In this document: positions 18,464-28,092 of the stretch, in pieces
Layout: each line of letters opens with the position of its first letter
How positions within the stretch are numbered: position 1 is the stretch's first letter
NCBI GenBank assembly: GCA_964630525.1
Contig: CAZVUY010000004.1
Span: forward strand, 11,448-75,447
Direction of reading: 5' to 3'
DNA from: an uncultured Candidatus Saccharibacteria bacterium
GTDB taxonomy: Bacteria > Patescibacteriota > Minisyncoccia > Phycocordibacterales > WO2-35-19
DNA length: 64,000 nt
The notes under the pieces: generated by a model
Databases searched by the model: none
What the model saw: the letters and a program-made list of their open reading frames with translations, nothing else
What the model was told of the DNA's origin: nothing
Translations under genes and position numbers: made by a program

Positions 18464-18961
18464 TTGCAGACTACCGCTTTGGGTTTACTGATGATCGCTT
18501 CTGGTATCACTGGGTTCAACGGAGCCCCTTCGGCAGCCAATGTTCTGCCTCCGGAAGTTATTGAGGTAAATGAAGTTCTTCCAGATAATAAGAAAAAGGA
18601 AGAAGAAAGGGTGATCAAAAGAAGTATGACAGTCGAGGAGTATGTGAGAAATTATTTTTCTGATATACCAGTTTTGATCGAGGTGGCTAAGTGTGAATCA
18701 CGGTTTCGTCAGCATGATAAAAATGGCGAAGTTCTACGTGGTGAAGTTAACAACCTTGATCGTGGTGTGATGCAGATCAATGAATATTATCACAATGAAG
18801 ATTCAGCTAAGCTTGGCTACGACATATTGACCATAGAAGGGAACACTGCCTATGCTCGCTACCTTTTCGAGAAGTATGGCATAAAGCCATGGAACTCCTC
18901 AGCTCCTTGTTGGAGCAAAACATTTGCTTATTCCGAATATAAGGAATTGGCATTAAAATAA
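18464..18961 (+). CDS. Secreted lytic transglycosylase-like (lysozyme-fold) protein
   Basis: VAKCESRFRQ (catalytic Glu), DRGVMQINEYYH, GIKPWNSS; start codon uncertain (TTG). Confidence 0.75.
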   Translation: MQTTALGLLMIASGITGFNGAPSAANVLPPEVIEVNEVLPDNKKKEEERVIKRSMTVEEYVRNYFSDIPVLIEVAKCESRFRQHDKNGEVLRGEVNNLDRGVMQINEYYHNEDSAKLGYDILTIEGNTAYARYLFEKYGIKPWNSSAPCWSKTFAYSEYKELALK

Positions 18962-18967
18962 TCAGCT

Positions 18968-19008
18968 AAAACAAAACAACTTTCTTAACAGGGAAGTTGT
19001 TTTGTTTT
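18968..19008. terminator. Bidirectional intrinsic terminator
   Basis: aaaacaaaacaactttc..gggaagttgttttgtttt. Confidence 0.7.
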
Positions 19009-19178
19009 GTACCAAAATCAAAAACAGGGGTCATGTGCCCAGTTTTTAAATCCTTACGAGGGGAGGAGCTCCTGAGAATGATAGGAACGTCGCACAATAT
19101 ATCTTTTACGTACTATCTCTAGATACAAAAAAGGGGCCGTTAAGACCCCTCTTTTGAACCCCTTCCCTGTCGCCATTT

Positions 19179-19418
19179 TTAAAATTTGGCCAAAATATTT
19201 TTAATTAAATTTTTGAGATAATCCCAAATTGTAATGATCAGGTCTTGATACTTCTCCCAGCCTTGGCTGCCAAAATTGTAGATTTTGTCTAAAACTGATC
19301 TGAACTTGCCGGTGGTCAAAAATTCGATTATATCGATGCTGTATGCGTACTTCAGGATCACCAATGCTCCGACTATTATCAAAGTGATCTGGATAAAGCC
19401 TCTTTTATCGTTTTTCAT
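19179..19418 (-). CDS. Small membrane protein with prepilin-like N-terminus
   Basis: MKNDKRG|FIQITLIIVGALVIL. Confidence 0.6.
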   Translation of the reverse strand: MKNDKRGFIQITLIIVGALVILKYAYSIDIIEFLTTGKFRSVLDKIYNFGSQGWEKYQDLIITIWDYLKNLIKNILAKF

Positions 19419-19580
19419 GGTATTAATAGTATCAATAAAGTTATTTAGAGACAAAGTCATTGTTGCTTAGCTTAGTTAGATAAAAACAAAAATAAAATTT
19501 TCAAAAGCTGCAGATAAATCTCGCTTGTTGAAAATTTTATTTTATTTTTGTTTCTTGTTTGTTGAGCGTTTAAAAATTTA

Positions 19581-20852
19581 TTAGAAATATAACATTGGGT
19601 CCAAATAAGCTTTAACATCGGCAATTGGAATGCTCATATTTTTGCAATTGCGGCTCGAAGAGTATTTTTGAATGGTCACACCTTGGCTTGCATAAAGGGT
19701 TAGATGCAAATGTGGACCAGTCGAATATCCGGTTTGGCCGCTATAACCAATAACTTCACCAGTACCAACAACCTGACCAGCACCAACCTTGATCAGGTCC
19801 AAGTGCGCATAAAGACTTGATAGGCCATTGTCGTGTTTGATGAGTACCCACTTACCATAAGAATAACAGCCACGTTGCTCGTCAGTATTGCCTACCCCTT
19901 GGACCGTCCCAGAAAGGACCGCTTTGACCGGAGTCCCACGGCTGGCTCTAAAATCAACCCCGTTGTGGGTGCCGGAAACATAGAGACGCTTCGAGTCGAC
20001 TGTCCGACCAAAACTTTGGGTTATAAAGACGTTGTCGAGTGGCCAAGATAAGATGCCTTTCTTGGCACTTGGAAAGCTATTTGGATCAATCGCTCTTTTC
20101 AGGTCTGATTCAAACTGAAACAATTCTTTTTCAAAGCGCTCCTTCTCGGCTTGGCGTTCGGCGAGAATTCTTTTATATTCAGCTTCCTTGTTTTTGGTTT
20201 CGGCGAGCAGATTGTTCTTCTCCTTTTTATTGATATCAAGTATTTTCTTTTGGTCACTCAGATCCGATTTTAGAGAAAGCAAGGTCTTCTTTTCTTTTTC
20301 GGTACTATTCTTTTTTTCAGAGAGGTCTATTTTGTGGTTTTGCAAGGCCGCCGATTGTTCGCGGATTTTTAGTTGGACTTGGCTTATGGCTTCGTACTGA
20401 TCCAATACTTCTGAAAGGCTTTGACTATTGAGAAAACTCTCGATTAGAGAACTTTCATCATTCTGACGAATTTCATTCAGGGTTTTCTTTATCGCTTCGG
20501 TGTTAGCTTTGATTTTTTGCTCGGTATCTCCTATTTCGCCACCCAGTTGTTCGATAGTGAGAGCGGTTTTTTCAATATTGGTTTCCGTTTTTTTGATCTC
20601 GGTACCTATCTTTTTTTGGTTGATGTCGAGAGTCTTGATTGTATTCTGTAAATTTTTGGCCTCGCCGCCCACTATTTCAATTTGTCTTGAGTAAGCTTTT
20701 ATTTCCTCTTCCAAAGCTTTTATTTTTTCGTTGTGAGAATCGATATTTTCTTTTAACTTATCGACCGATTGAGCCCGGCCTGTGCTAACAAAAACCAGGC
20801 TTACCAAAAATATCAGGGTGATTAATTTTCTGATTTTAAAATCAAATTTCAT
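19581..20852 (-). CDS. M23 family peptidase with coiled coil (EnvC/PcsB-like)
   Basis: Signal peptide, long coiled coil, HNGVD, YAHL, STGPHLH. Confidence 0.92.
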   Translation of the reverse strand: MKFDFKIRKLITLIFLVSLVFVSTGRAQSVDKLKENIDSHNEKIKALEEEIKAYSRQIEIVGGEAKNLQNTIKTLDINQKKIGTEIKKTETNIEKTALTIEQLGGEIGDTEQKIKANTEAIKKTLNEIRQNDESSLIESFLNSQSLSEVLDQYEAISQVQLKIREQSAALQNHKIDLSEKKNSTEKEKKTLLSLKSDLSDQKKILDINKKEKNNLLAETKNKEAEYKRILAERQAEKERFEKELFQFESDLKRAIDPNSFPSAKKGILSWPLDNVFITQSFGRTVDSKRLYVSGTHNGVDFRASRGTPVKAVLSGTVQGVGNTDEQRGCYSYGKWVLIKHDNGLSSLYAHLDLIKVGAGQVVGTGEVIGYSGQTGYSTGPHLHLTLYASQGVTIQKYSSSRNCKNMSIPIADVKAYLDPMLYF

Positions 20853-22258
20853 TAGTTCTCAAGGATATTTATTGCTGCTTTGAGTCTTTGTTCGCTCTCA
20901 GCCACTCCTATTATATCGAATAAGGTAATTGGGTCGGGGGATTTCTCTTGGCCGGATAGGGCATAACGCAAAGGCCAGAACACCTCACCTCTCCCCTTTT
21001 CTTCGGCAAAGGCAATCAGTCTTTTTTTGATCTCCTCATCTGACGTTTGGGAATTTATTATCGCTAGCATTTCTCTCAAATTTTTCTTGGCATCTTCCAA
21101 AGATTGGTTTTTCCAGCAGAACCTATCTTTTTGGTGGGCAGGACCCTCGAAGAGATAGTTAAATTCCCCCGCCGCCAAGATCTCCCCTACTTCACCCCAA
21201 CGATGGATCCGGTCGAGCATTATTTTGAGTAATTTTTCCATAAAAACTGTATCTTTGGTTTTCGGATGGTCTTTGAATTTTGAGTTCGATACTTGAAGAT
21301 TGAAAATTGAAAATTGTTCTTCTTTTGGTTGTTGCAGGATGTATTCTCGGTTGAGCCAATCAAGTTTTTCCACATTGAAAATCGCTCCTTTTTTCTGGAC
21401 TTTGGTCAGATCAAAAATTTTAATCAGTTGATCTAAGCTGAAAATTTCTTGGTCTGTTCCCGGATTCCAACCAATGAGAGCTAGGAAATTGATAATCGCT
21501 CCAGGTTCATAGCCCTTATCTCGATAAAACTTCAAAGAAACCATTTCTCCATGCTTTCTCTTGGAGAGTTTTGATTTATCCGGTGCCAGGATCATTGGCA
21601 AATGAGCATATTCTGGTATGTCAAAGGGCACCTTTGACACCTCGGTGATCGCCTTCCAGATCAGGATTTGCCTTGGAGTATTTGAAATATGATCCTCGCC
21701 TCTGATGATGTGGGTGATACCACTCTCTAAATCATCAATCACTACTGCTAGATGATAGAGGGGCTCATTTATGTTTCGAGCAATGACAAAATCACCAAGC
21801 GAGTCTACCTCTATCTCTATTTCTCCTCTGATTAAGTCGTGAAATTTTATTTTGCCGCCCGGATTTTTAAATCTTACTACCCTCCTCTCTTCGTGGTTTT
21901 TTGTTGCAGATAAAATATTCTCCTCGTTCTCGACTTTTTGCTCTTCAGCAATATAGGCAACACCTGCTTCAATAAGTTTGTCGAGATATTTTTTGTAGGT
22001 ATCTATCCTCTCGGTTTGTCGCCATTCTTGACCTTGATTATCGTGTTCTAAACCCAACCATTTCATGCTCTCAAACATATTTGTCTCGTATTCTTTTTTT
22101 GATCTAAGTCTGTCTGTGTCTTCTACTCTGATCAAAAAAGCACCGCCATTTTTTCTGGCAAATAAATAGTTGTAAAGAGCAGTGCGGACGTTGCCCATAT
22201 GCAAAAGCCCGGTTGGGCTTGGAGGGAATCTGACTACTACTTTTTGATTATCTGTCAT
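20852..22258 (-). CDS. gltX: Glutamate--tRNA ligase
   Basis: RFPPSPTGLLHMGN, RVEDTD, IRGEDH, KLSKR. Confidence 0.97.
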   Translation of the reverse strand: MTDNQKVVVRFPPSPTGLLHMGNVRTALYNYLFARKNGGAFLIRVEDTDRLRSKKEYETNMFESMKWLGLEHDNQGQEWRQTERIDTYKKYLDKLIEAGVAYIAEEQKVENEENILSATKNHEERRVVRFKNPGGKIKFHDLIRGEIEIEVDSLGDFVIARNINEPLYHLAVVIDDLESGITHIIRGEDHISNTPRQILIWKAITEVSKVPFDIPEYAHLPMILAPDKSKLSKRKHGEMVSLKFYRDKGYEPGAIINFLALIGWNPGTDQEIFSLDQLIKIFDLTKVQKKGAIFNVEKLDWLNREYILQQPKEEQFSIFNLQVSNSKFKDHPKTKDTVFMEKLLKIMLDRIHRWGEVGEILAAGEFNYLFEGPAHQKDRFCWKNQSLEDAKKNLREMLAIINSQTSDEEIKKRLIAFAEEKGRGEVFWPLRYALSGQEKSPDPITLFDIIGVAESEQRLKAAINILEN

Positions 22259-22301
22259 TAGGGTCTATTTTACCAAAAATAGCCCAATTTGCCTACTTAA
22301 T

Positions 22302-23435
22302 TTATTCCAACTTCTCGTGAGAAATGACGATCGAAAGGAGCTCCTCGGCTATTTCAGCGGCAGCGCCAGGTTTGAAGAAAGATTTGGCACTCTCTTTCAT
22401 TTTTTTGACTAATTCTTTGTCGCTGAGAATCCTTCTTATTTCAGCTATGAAAATATGGGTCTTCAGATTTTCTTCTTGGAGGACCGAGCAAGCGCCGGCA
22501 TGAGCATAAGCAAAAGCATTTTTGACTTGGTGGTTTTCGTTGGAATCAGTGATCGGGATAATGATTGAGGGTAAACCCCAAGAGGCAATTTCAAAGATGG
22601 TAGACCCCGCTCGACTGATCACGAGAGAAGCGGCGCCGGCGGCCATTCGCATTTCGAGACTGTTGAGGTAAGCAAAAGGTTTGTAGCGATGCTGCTTAGG
22701 GTTATTGATAAGGATCGCGGCGGCAGACTGCTTCATCACCTCGATATGTTCTTGGCCGGTCTGGTGAATAATTTGAAAGTCTTTGACTAGATCTGGCAAG
22801 GCGTCTAGTACAGCATTGTTGATCACCTCGGCTCCCTGAGAACCCCCAAGGACAAGCAAGGTCGGGACACTAAGGTCAAAACCAAAAAACTCAAGGGCGT
22901 TAGCGACTATCGGCTCTAATCTCTCTGTCAACACTGGTTGGCCAGTGTAGGCCACTTTTTTATTTTTGAAATAAGGAGCCGCTTCTTTATAAGAAAGGGC
23001 GATTCGGTCGGCAAACTTACCAGCCCATTTGTTTACTCTACCTGGGGCGGAGTCTGATTCGTGGATAAATACTGGTATTCGCAAGATTCGGGCTGCAAGT
23101 ACGGTCGGGAAACTACCATAACCACCCTTACTAAAAACCACATCAGGAAAGATATCGAAAACGTCTAAGAGTGCCCCTAAAACACCCCAAGCAGTTTTAA
23201 AAATATCAAAGAAATTGGCGATCGAAAAATAACGTCGAAGTTTGCCCGCTATCACTTTTTTGTATTTGATATTGTGGTCGTAAAGGATACCTTGGTTGTA
23301 AGGGTTTGGACCAAAAAAATACATCTCCGGAGTGAGCAGTTTTTTCTCTTTAGTAACTTTTTGGATTGCTTCGACGATGGCAATGATCGGATAAAAGTGT
23401 CCGCCAGAACCGCCTCCGGTAAATATTATTTTCAT
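22302..23435 (-). CDS. murG: UDP-GlcNAc--lipid I transferase MurG
   Basis: TGGGSGGHFYP, KGGYGS, GGSQGA, SRAG, HQVKNA. Confidence 0.96.
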   Translation of the reverse strand: MKIIFTGGGSGGHFYPIIAIVEAIQKVTKEKKLLTPEMYFFGPNPYNQGILYDHNIKYKKVIAGKLRRYFSIANFFDIFKTAWGVLGALLDVFDIFPDVVFSKGGYGSFPTVLAARILRIPVFIHESDSAPGRVNKWAGKFADRIALSYKEAAPYFKNKKVAYTGQPVLTERLEPIVANALEFFGFDLSVPTLLVLGGSQGAEVINNAVLDALPDLVKDFQIIHQTGQEHIEVMKQSAAAILINNPKQHRYKPFAYLNSLEMRMAAGAASLVISRAGSTIFEIASWGLPSIIIPITDSNENHQVKNAFAYAHAGACSVLQEENLKTHIFIAEIRRILSDKELVKKMKESAKSFFKPGAAAEIAEELLSIVISHEKLE

Positions 23436-24541
23436 CTTTTTATTTTACTGTTTCTTGAAATATTCATAATAATACCAACTTCGACCAGATTGATGAAAAG
23501 GGCTGTCCCTCCGTGGCTAACAAATGGCAGTGGGATGCCGGTAAGCGGCAGCACCCCGATGATTCCACCGATATTGATCATTGCTTGCGATACGATAAGT
23601 ATAACAATTCCAATCGAGAGGAGTCTACCAAAATCGTCTGGTGCTTTCTGTCCAATCTTCATTCCCTCGATACCAAACATCACAAAGATTCCAATTAGAA
23701 TAAACGTGCCGAAAAATCCAAATTCTTCGGCGGCAACTGCAAAGACCGAATCACCGATCGGCTCTGGCAAATAGCTAAATTTTTGGATGCTCTGACCAAA
23801 ACCTTTACCCCAAAATTGTCCGGAACCGACAGCGATCAAGGATTGGTTGAGTTGGTAAGTGGAAGTTTGGCTGTTGGCGTTTGGGTTTAATACGGAGTCG
23901 ATCCTTTGTTTGATGTAAGGTCTGGTAAAGGCGAGTAGGGCTAAGATCGCCACCCCTGCCACTATGATAGCTAAAACATGTCGCCACTTGGCACCGGAAA
24001 CCAGGTACATAGATAGACCACCAAAGACTGTTACCGCAAAAGTGTCAGTGTCTGGTTGAGAAAGCAAGATAGCCCCAAGGATGGCGGATAAAACTAAAAA
24101 TGGAGCCAACCCCCAACTAAAGGTTTCGACTTTTGATTTGAGACTTGAGAGCCAGGCGGCAAAATAGATCGTAAACGCTATTTTTAAAAATTCAGCTGGC
24201 TGGAAAGTGATAAAGCCGAGGTTGATCCAGCGTTTGGCACCACCATGTTCCATGCCTATCCCCGGCATAAAAACTAACAAAGTTAGTAAGATAGAACCAA
24301 TAAAAAAGATGAAGGCGTAGCGTTTCCAAATACGGTAATCAATTCTGGCGGCAAACAGGCAAGCGATTGACCCCAAGAAAAGCCCATAAAAAACTTGGTT
24401 GAAAGCTACAGAGCTAAACTTCACTTCGTTTTTAGCTAGCTCTCCAAGCGAGGCCGACATGAAAATTAAAAAACCGGCTACTACGAGCACGATAGTCCAA
24501 AACAAAAACGGCCTACTCACCTTCCCTACTTTTGTCGCCAT
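23432..24541 (-). CDS. ftsW: SEDS peptidoglycan polymerase FtsW
   Basis: GAKRWI, FQPAEFLK, QPD, AEEFGF, LPFVSHGGT; lies between mraY and murG. Confidence 0.92.
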   Translation of the reverse strand: MATKVGKVSRPFLFWTIVLVVAGFLIFMSASLGELAKNEVKFSSVAFNQVFYGLFLGSIACLFAARIDYRIWKRYAFIFFIGSILLTLLVFMPGIGMEHGGAKRWINLGFITFQPAEFLKIAFTIYFAAWLSSLKSKVETFSWGLAPFLVLSAILGAILLSQPDTDTFAVTVFGGLSMYLVSGAKWRHVLAIIVAGVAILALLAFTRPYIKQRIDSVLNPNANSQTSTYQLNQSLIAVGSGQFWGKGFGQSIQKFSYLPEPIGDSVFAVAAEEFGFFGTFILIGIFVMFGIEGMKIGQKAPDDFGRLLSIGIVILIVSQAMINIGGIIGVLPLTGIPLPFVSHGGTALFINLVEVGIIMNISRNSKIKR

Positions 24542-24553
24542 AAATTGATTATA

Positions 24554-25639
24554 TCATCCAATCAAGGCTAAGGTGATGCCTAAAATGGCGCAAATCGTGG
24601 ATAGGATCCAATAGCGCATGGTGACTTTGTAAGACGGCCAACCTTTGGCTTCAAAATGGTGATGAAGTGGAGCGATCAAGAAAAACTTTTTACCTCGAAA
24701 TTTTTTGGACAGTACTTGGATCAGGTTTGAAAGAACGGTGATCACAAGTGGTAGCGCGATCACTGGTAGAACCAAGAGGCCATAACCATCCCCTAATCGA
24801 TCAGTCATAAAAGCAACTACGGTAAGAGTGATAGTAAGCCCCATACTCCCAGTCTCAGACATGTAGAAACGAGCGGGTGGGATGTTGAACCATAAGAAGG
24901 CTAAAAGTCCGCCAGCGACAGTAGCGCAAAAAGCAGCCAGGTCGATTTGCTGTTGATAAAAAGCAATACCAGCATAAGCGGCGAACATAGTGGTGAAAAC
25001 TCCACCGGCGAGACCATCAATCCCATCGATCACTCCCCCGGCGTACATACAGAGCGTGGTAAAGACAAAAAATAAAACAAAAAATGGTCCGAGATAAAGT
25101 TCGCTTTGGCCAAATATTCCAACAAAGGGTAGACCGATTGAGGCAACATCTAGTTTGACAAAAAACCACAAAGCGCAAAATAAAGAGATAGCCGATACTG
25201 CTCCAAGTCGGACTAAAAGTGACAACCCTCCCTTGCCCCCATTTAAAGAACCCTTCACTTCGAGCCAATCATCTATCAGTCCAACTAAAGCTCCCAAAAG
25301 CAAGGTGCCGAGTGGAACCCAGGTTTGGCTTCTTGATATGAAATCAAGTTTGATGCTTGTTTCTGTTGGTAGCAAAAAGGCGACCAGCCAAGTGGCTAAC
25401 ATGACAAAACTGGCACTAAACCAGATCACTATCCCACCCATTCTTGGGGTGTTGACCTCTCTTTCCTTGTGTAGATCGTTGAAGACGGCAGCCTGGCTAC
25501 CATCAAGAGCGATCTTGCCCGCTTTTTTCTTCCACATCTTGTGGGTGTAGAGATAGTCAGTCAAAAAGGGTGTGAAGAAGATGCCAAGTAAAAAGGCGCC
25601 AACAGATGGTAGGAAGACTTTGACAATATCGATGATCAT
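24554..25639 (-). CDS. mraY: Phospho-MurNAc-pentapeptide transferase
   Basis: TPRMGG, IDD, DGIDGLA, APLHHHFE. Confidence 0.96.
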   Translation of the reverse strand: MIIDIVKVFLPSVGAFLLGIFFTPFLTDYLYTHKMWKKKAGKIALDGSQAAVFNDLHKEREVNTPRMGGIVIWFSASFVMLATWLVAFLLPTETSIKLDFISRSQTWVPLGTLLLGALVGLIDDWLEVKGSLNGGKGGLSLLVRLGAVSAISLFCALWFFVKLDVASIGLPFVGIFGQSELYLGPFFVLFFVFTTLCMYAGGVIDGIDGLAGGVFTTMFAAYAGIAFYQQQIDLAAFCATVAGGLLAFLWFNIPPARFYMSETGSMGLTITLTVVAFMTDRLGDGYGLLVLPVIALPLVITVLSNLIQVLSKKFRGKKFFLIAPLHHHFEAKGWPSYKVTMRYWILSTICAILGITLALIG

Positions 25640-26589
25640 TTATTTTGATTTAGATATTTCATACTCGCTTCGACTAATTGCAAAGTGTCGCTAAAACGGC
25701 CGGTTTCACTGGAGCCGAGGATCGCGATGACAATCGGCTGGTTTAGCCCAGGATCGAAGGCGATCACCAGATTTCCTTGAGCGAGATCTGTATAACCAGT
25801 TTTTGAAGCGATCAGATTTGGTATTTTGCTCACAAAGATATTGGTATTTTGGGCATCGTAAGCTTTTTCGGCACTAGCGAAATGCAAGTTCGGGTAGCGG
25901 GTGGCCTCAAGCAAACCTGGCTGGCTTTCAAGGGCGTATTCAAAAAGTCGAGCCATGTCTCTCGCAGTACCATAAGCACCACCCTTCTCCAAGGTTCGGT
26001 CAAGACCGTGTTCATTGAAAAAACGGCTATTGGTCAAGCCTACTTCTTTAGCTTTTTCGTTCATTGCTTTAATAAAATTCAATCGATCACCTTCTTTGTT
26101 GGTAGCGGTCCCAGCTTTGGTCGCTGCCGCTAGGGCGAAAGCACCGTCATTGGAAGAAGTTAGCAAGGTAAAATCTCGTAGGTCACCAGCTGTCCAAGTA
26201 TCACCAACGACGAGGGCCGAATCCCCCTCTGGCTCAAGGTATTCTGAAGCAATACTAACTTTAGTATCAGGAGACATTTGTGAGGCAGTAACAGCAGTCA
26301 TCACTTTAGTCAAAGAAGCAAGTGGTAGAGGGACGTCTGGATTTTTCACAAAGAGTTCTTGTTGGTTGACAATATCCCAGACGATCGCACTCTTTGCTTC
26401 CAAATTTATTTCAGCAAAAGGATTGTTCTGTTGGTCACTTGTCGCGGTAGATTTTTTAGTTTTTACATCATCACTATTTACAATGAGTAGCACGAAAATC
26501 ATCACTGCGGCTATAAACAGAAAAGAGATGAAGTGACCGAAATATTTCGTTCTATTTTCAATATTAAATATTTCTCTGAAATTATTCAT
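25636..26589 (-). CDS. D-Ala-D-Ala carboxypeptidase (S11, DacA-like)
   Basis: ASLTK (SxxK), SSN (SxN), KTG. Confidence 0.92.
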   Translation of the reverse strand: MNNFREIFNIENRTKYFGHFISFLFIAAVMIFVLLIVNSDDVKTKKSTATSDQQNNPFAEINLEAKSAIVWDIVNQQELFVKNPDVPLPLASLTKVMTAVTASQMSPDTKVSIASEYLEPEGDSALVVGDTWTAGDLRDFTLLTSSNDGAFALAAATKAGTATNKEGDRLNFIKAMNEKAKEVGLTNSRFFNEHGLDRTLEKGGAYGTARDMARLFEYALESQPGLLEATRYPNLHFASAEKAYDAQNTNIFVSKIPNLIASKTGYTDLAQGNLVIAFDPGLNQPIVIAILGSSETGRFSDTLQLVEASMKYLNQNK

Positions 26590-27133
26590 TGTTGTCTTGA
26601 TTTTCGTTTTGTTGTTCGAGCGTTGTTCTGAGTGTTTGCTGCAGCTCGGTAAATTGGGGCAAGTCTTCCCTTCGACTCAACCCCAAATGGGCCAACAAAG
26701 CCAAGGTGGGCTGGTATCTAAAAGTGCGTTGATCAGCCGGGTTTTGTTCTTTTTCGATCAGCCCTCGGATACTTAGGTTGCGCAATATAAAAGCGGAATT
26801 TACTCCGCGAATATAATCGATCTCTCGACGAGAGACTCCCTGATTATACAATATGATAGCGAGAGTCTCCAGACCGGCTTTACCGATCTCCTCACTCATC
26901 TCCCCTTTAGCGACACTCTCAATGAGAGCAGACAATTCTTGATTAGTAGCTAACACCACTTCTTTCTCGTTTCTGACAACGCAGATACCGCGGTTTTTCA
27001 AAGATTCGGCCAGATTGTCGACACTCTCCCTTACCTCGCTCTCGGTAACCGCCAAAATCTCTGCCAATTTTTTGATTGTTTGTGGCTCGTTCTTATAAAA
27101 CAATACCGCTTCTATTTTTTGTTCGAGATTCAT
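26582..27133 (-). CDS. scpB: SMC-Scp complex subunit ScpB
   Basis: IEAVLF, LETLAII, IDYIRGVNS. Confidence 0.93.
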   Translation of the reverse strand: MNLEQKIEAVLFYKNEPQTIKKLAEILAVTESEVRESVDNLAESLKNRGICVVRNEKEVVLATNQELSALIESVAKGEMSEEIGKAGLETLAIILYNQGVSRREIDYIRGVNSAFILRNLSIRGLIEKEQNPADQRTFRYQPTLALLAHLGLSRREDLPQFTELQQTLRTTLEQQNENQDNNE

Positions 27134-27135
27134 TT

Positions 27136-27864
27136 TTAATAACTGGGTATGCTTATATTATCAGATTCCATCTCAATATCATCAAAATGATTTTCCTGGT
27201 TTGCTCGTACCAAGCCTTGTTTGACAAGCTCGAGCATGGCTAGGAAACTCACGATCACATGCACGCGCTCTGCTTTGCCTAGGCCCGCAAAATCTTTGAA
27301 GCTGGTTCTCAAGCTTTTTTGGACCCGCTCGGCCAAAGTGCCGATCATTTCCTCCAGGCTGACCACTTTGGCGACTGATATTTTTGGTAGTGGTGCCTCT
27401 GTTTTTTGCAGATTTTGGAGCACTTCTCTCAGGCTATGATGCAAAGTGTCGGGAGTGATCTCGTAAGTCGGCGAGAAAACTACTTTCATCACTTTTCTCT
27501 CTCTGGCAAAGTACAAGAAATTACCGAAGAGCTTGCTTACTTCGGTTGCTAATTCTTTATATTGTTTATAAGTGGCCAATCTTTTTTCCAACTCATCGAT
27601 GCTTTGCTCTTCCTCGGTGGAAAGGTCGAGGGTTGGCAGGAGCGATTTTGATTTGATGAGCAATAAGGTAGAAGCGATCAAGATGAAGTCAGCTGAGTCG
27701 GCTAGCGGAAAATTCTCGAAAGATTTGGTGTACTCGATGAAATCGTCGGCGACCGCGGAGATAGCGACATTTGAAATGTGGAGCTTCCTTTTTTCGATTA
27801 GCTCGAGCAAGAGCTCAAGCGGCCCTTCAAACTCCCCCACTTTGACTTTAAAATCGGTTTCCAT
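27136..27864 (-). CDS. scpA: Segregation and condensation protein ScpA
   Basis: FEGPLELLLELI, IKSKSLLP, FLAMLELVK. Confidence 0.94.
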   Translation of the reverse strand: METDFKVKVGEFEGPLELLLELIEKRKLHISNVAISAVADDFIEYTKSFENFPLADSADFILIASTLLLIKSKSLLPTLDLSTEEEQSIDELEKRLATYKQYKELATEVSKLFGNFLYFARERKVMKVVFSPTYEITPDTLHHSLREVLQNLQKTEAPLPKISVAKVVSLEEMIGTLAERVQKSLRTSFKDFAGLGKAERVHVIVSFLAMLELVKQGLVRANQENHFDDIEMESDNISIPSY

Positions 27865-27993
27865 CCTGTAGTAGAAAATGGCATTGCTCTAAAGAAGCTT
27901 ACCACTTAAATTGAAAATTACTTAATAAAATCAACCCTGCTACTGATTCGGATTTTTCACTGTAGACTTTAATGCCATTTTTCACTACAGGAT
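27863..27993 (-). promoter_or_regulatory. Long-range inverted repeat overlapping the scpA start
   Basis: atcctgtagtagaaaatggcatt (27863-27885) pairs with aatgccatttttcactacaggat (27971-27993). Confidence 0.6.
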
Positions 27994-28066
27994 CCATCTT
28001 GTTATTTTAACAGTATTTGGTAACATTTTGAAAGACCGCGACCTTTCAACAGGTCTTCTTCTGGTA

Positions 28067-28092
28067 AGGCCCGGGGCAACCTGGGCCTTTTT
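28067..28092. terminator. GC-rich terminator hairpin
   Basis: aaggcccggg-gcaa-cctgggcctt followed by a T-run. Confidence 0.65.

Noticed and set aside
14680-19180. Prophage or integrative element
   Set aside because: No integrase, phage structural or replication genes, and no att-like direct repeats seen; treated as an accessory region.
19490-19542. AT-rich inverted repeat downstream of the M23 peptidase gene
   Set aside because: Low complexity; adequately explained as a terminator or stability hairpin; no second copy seen.
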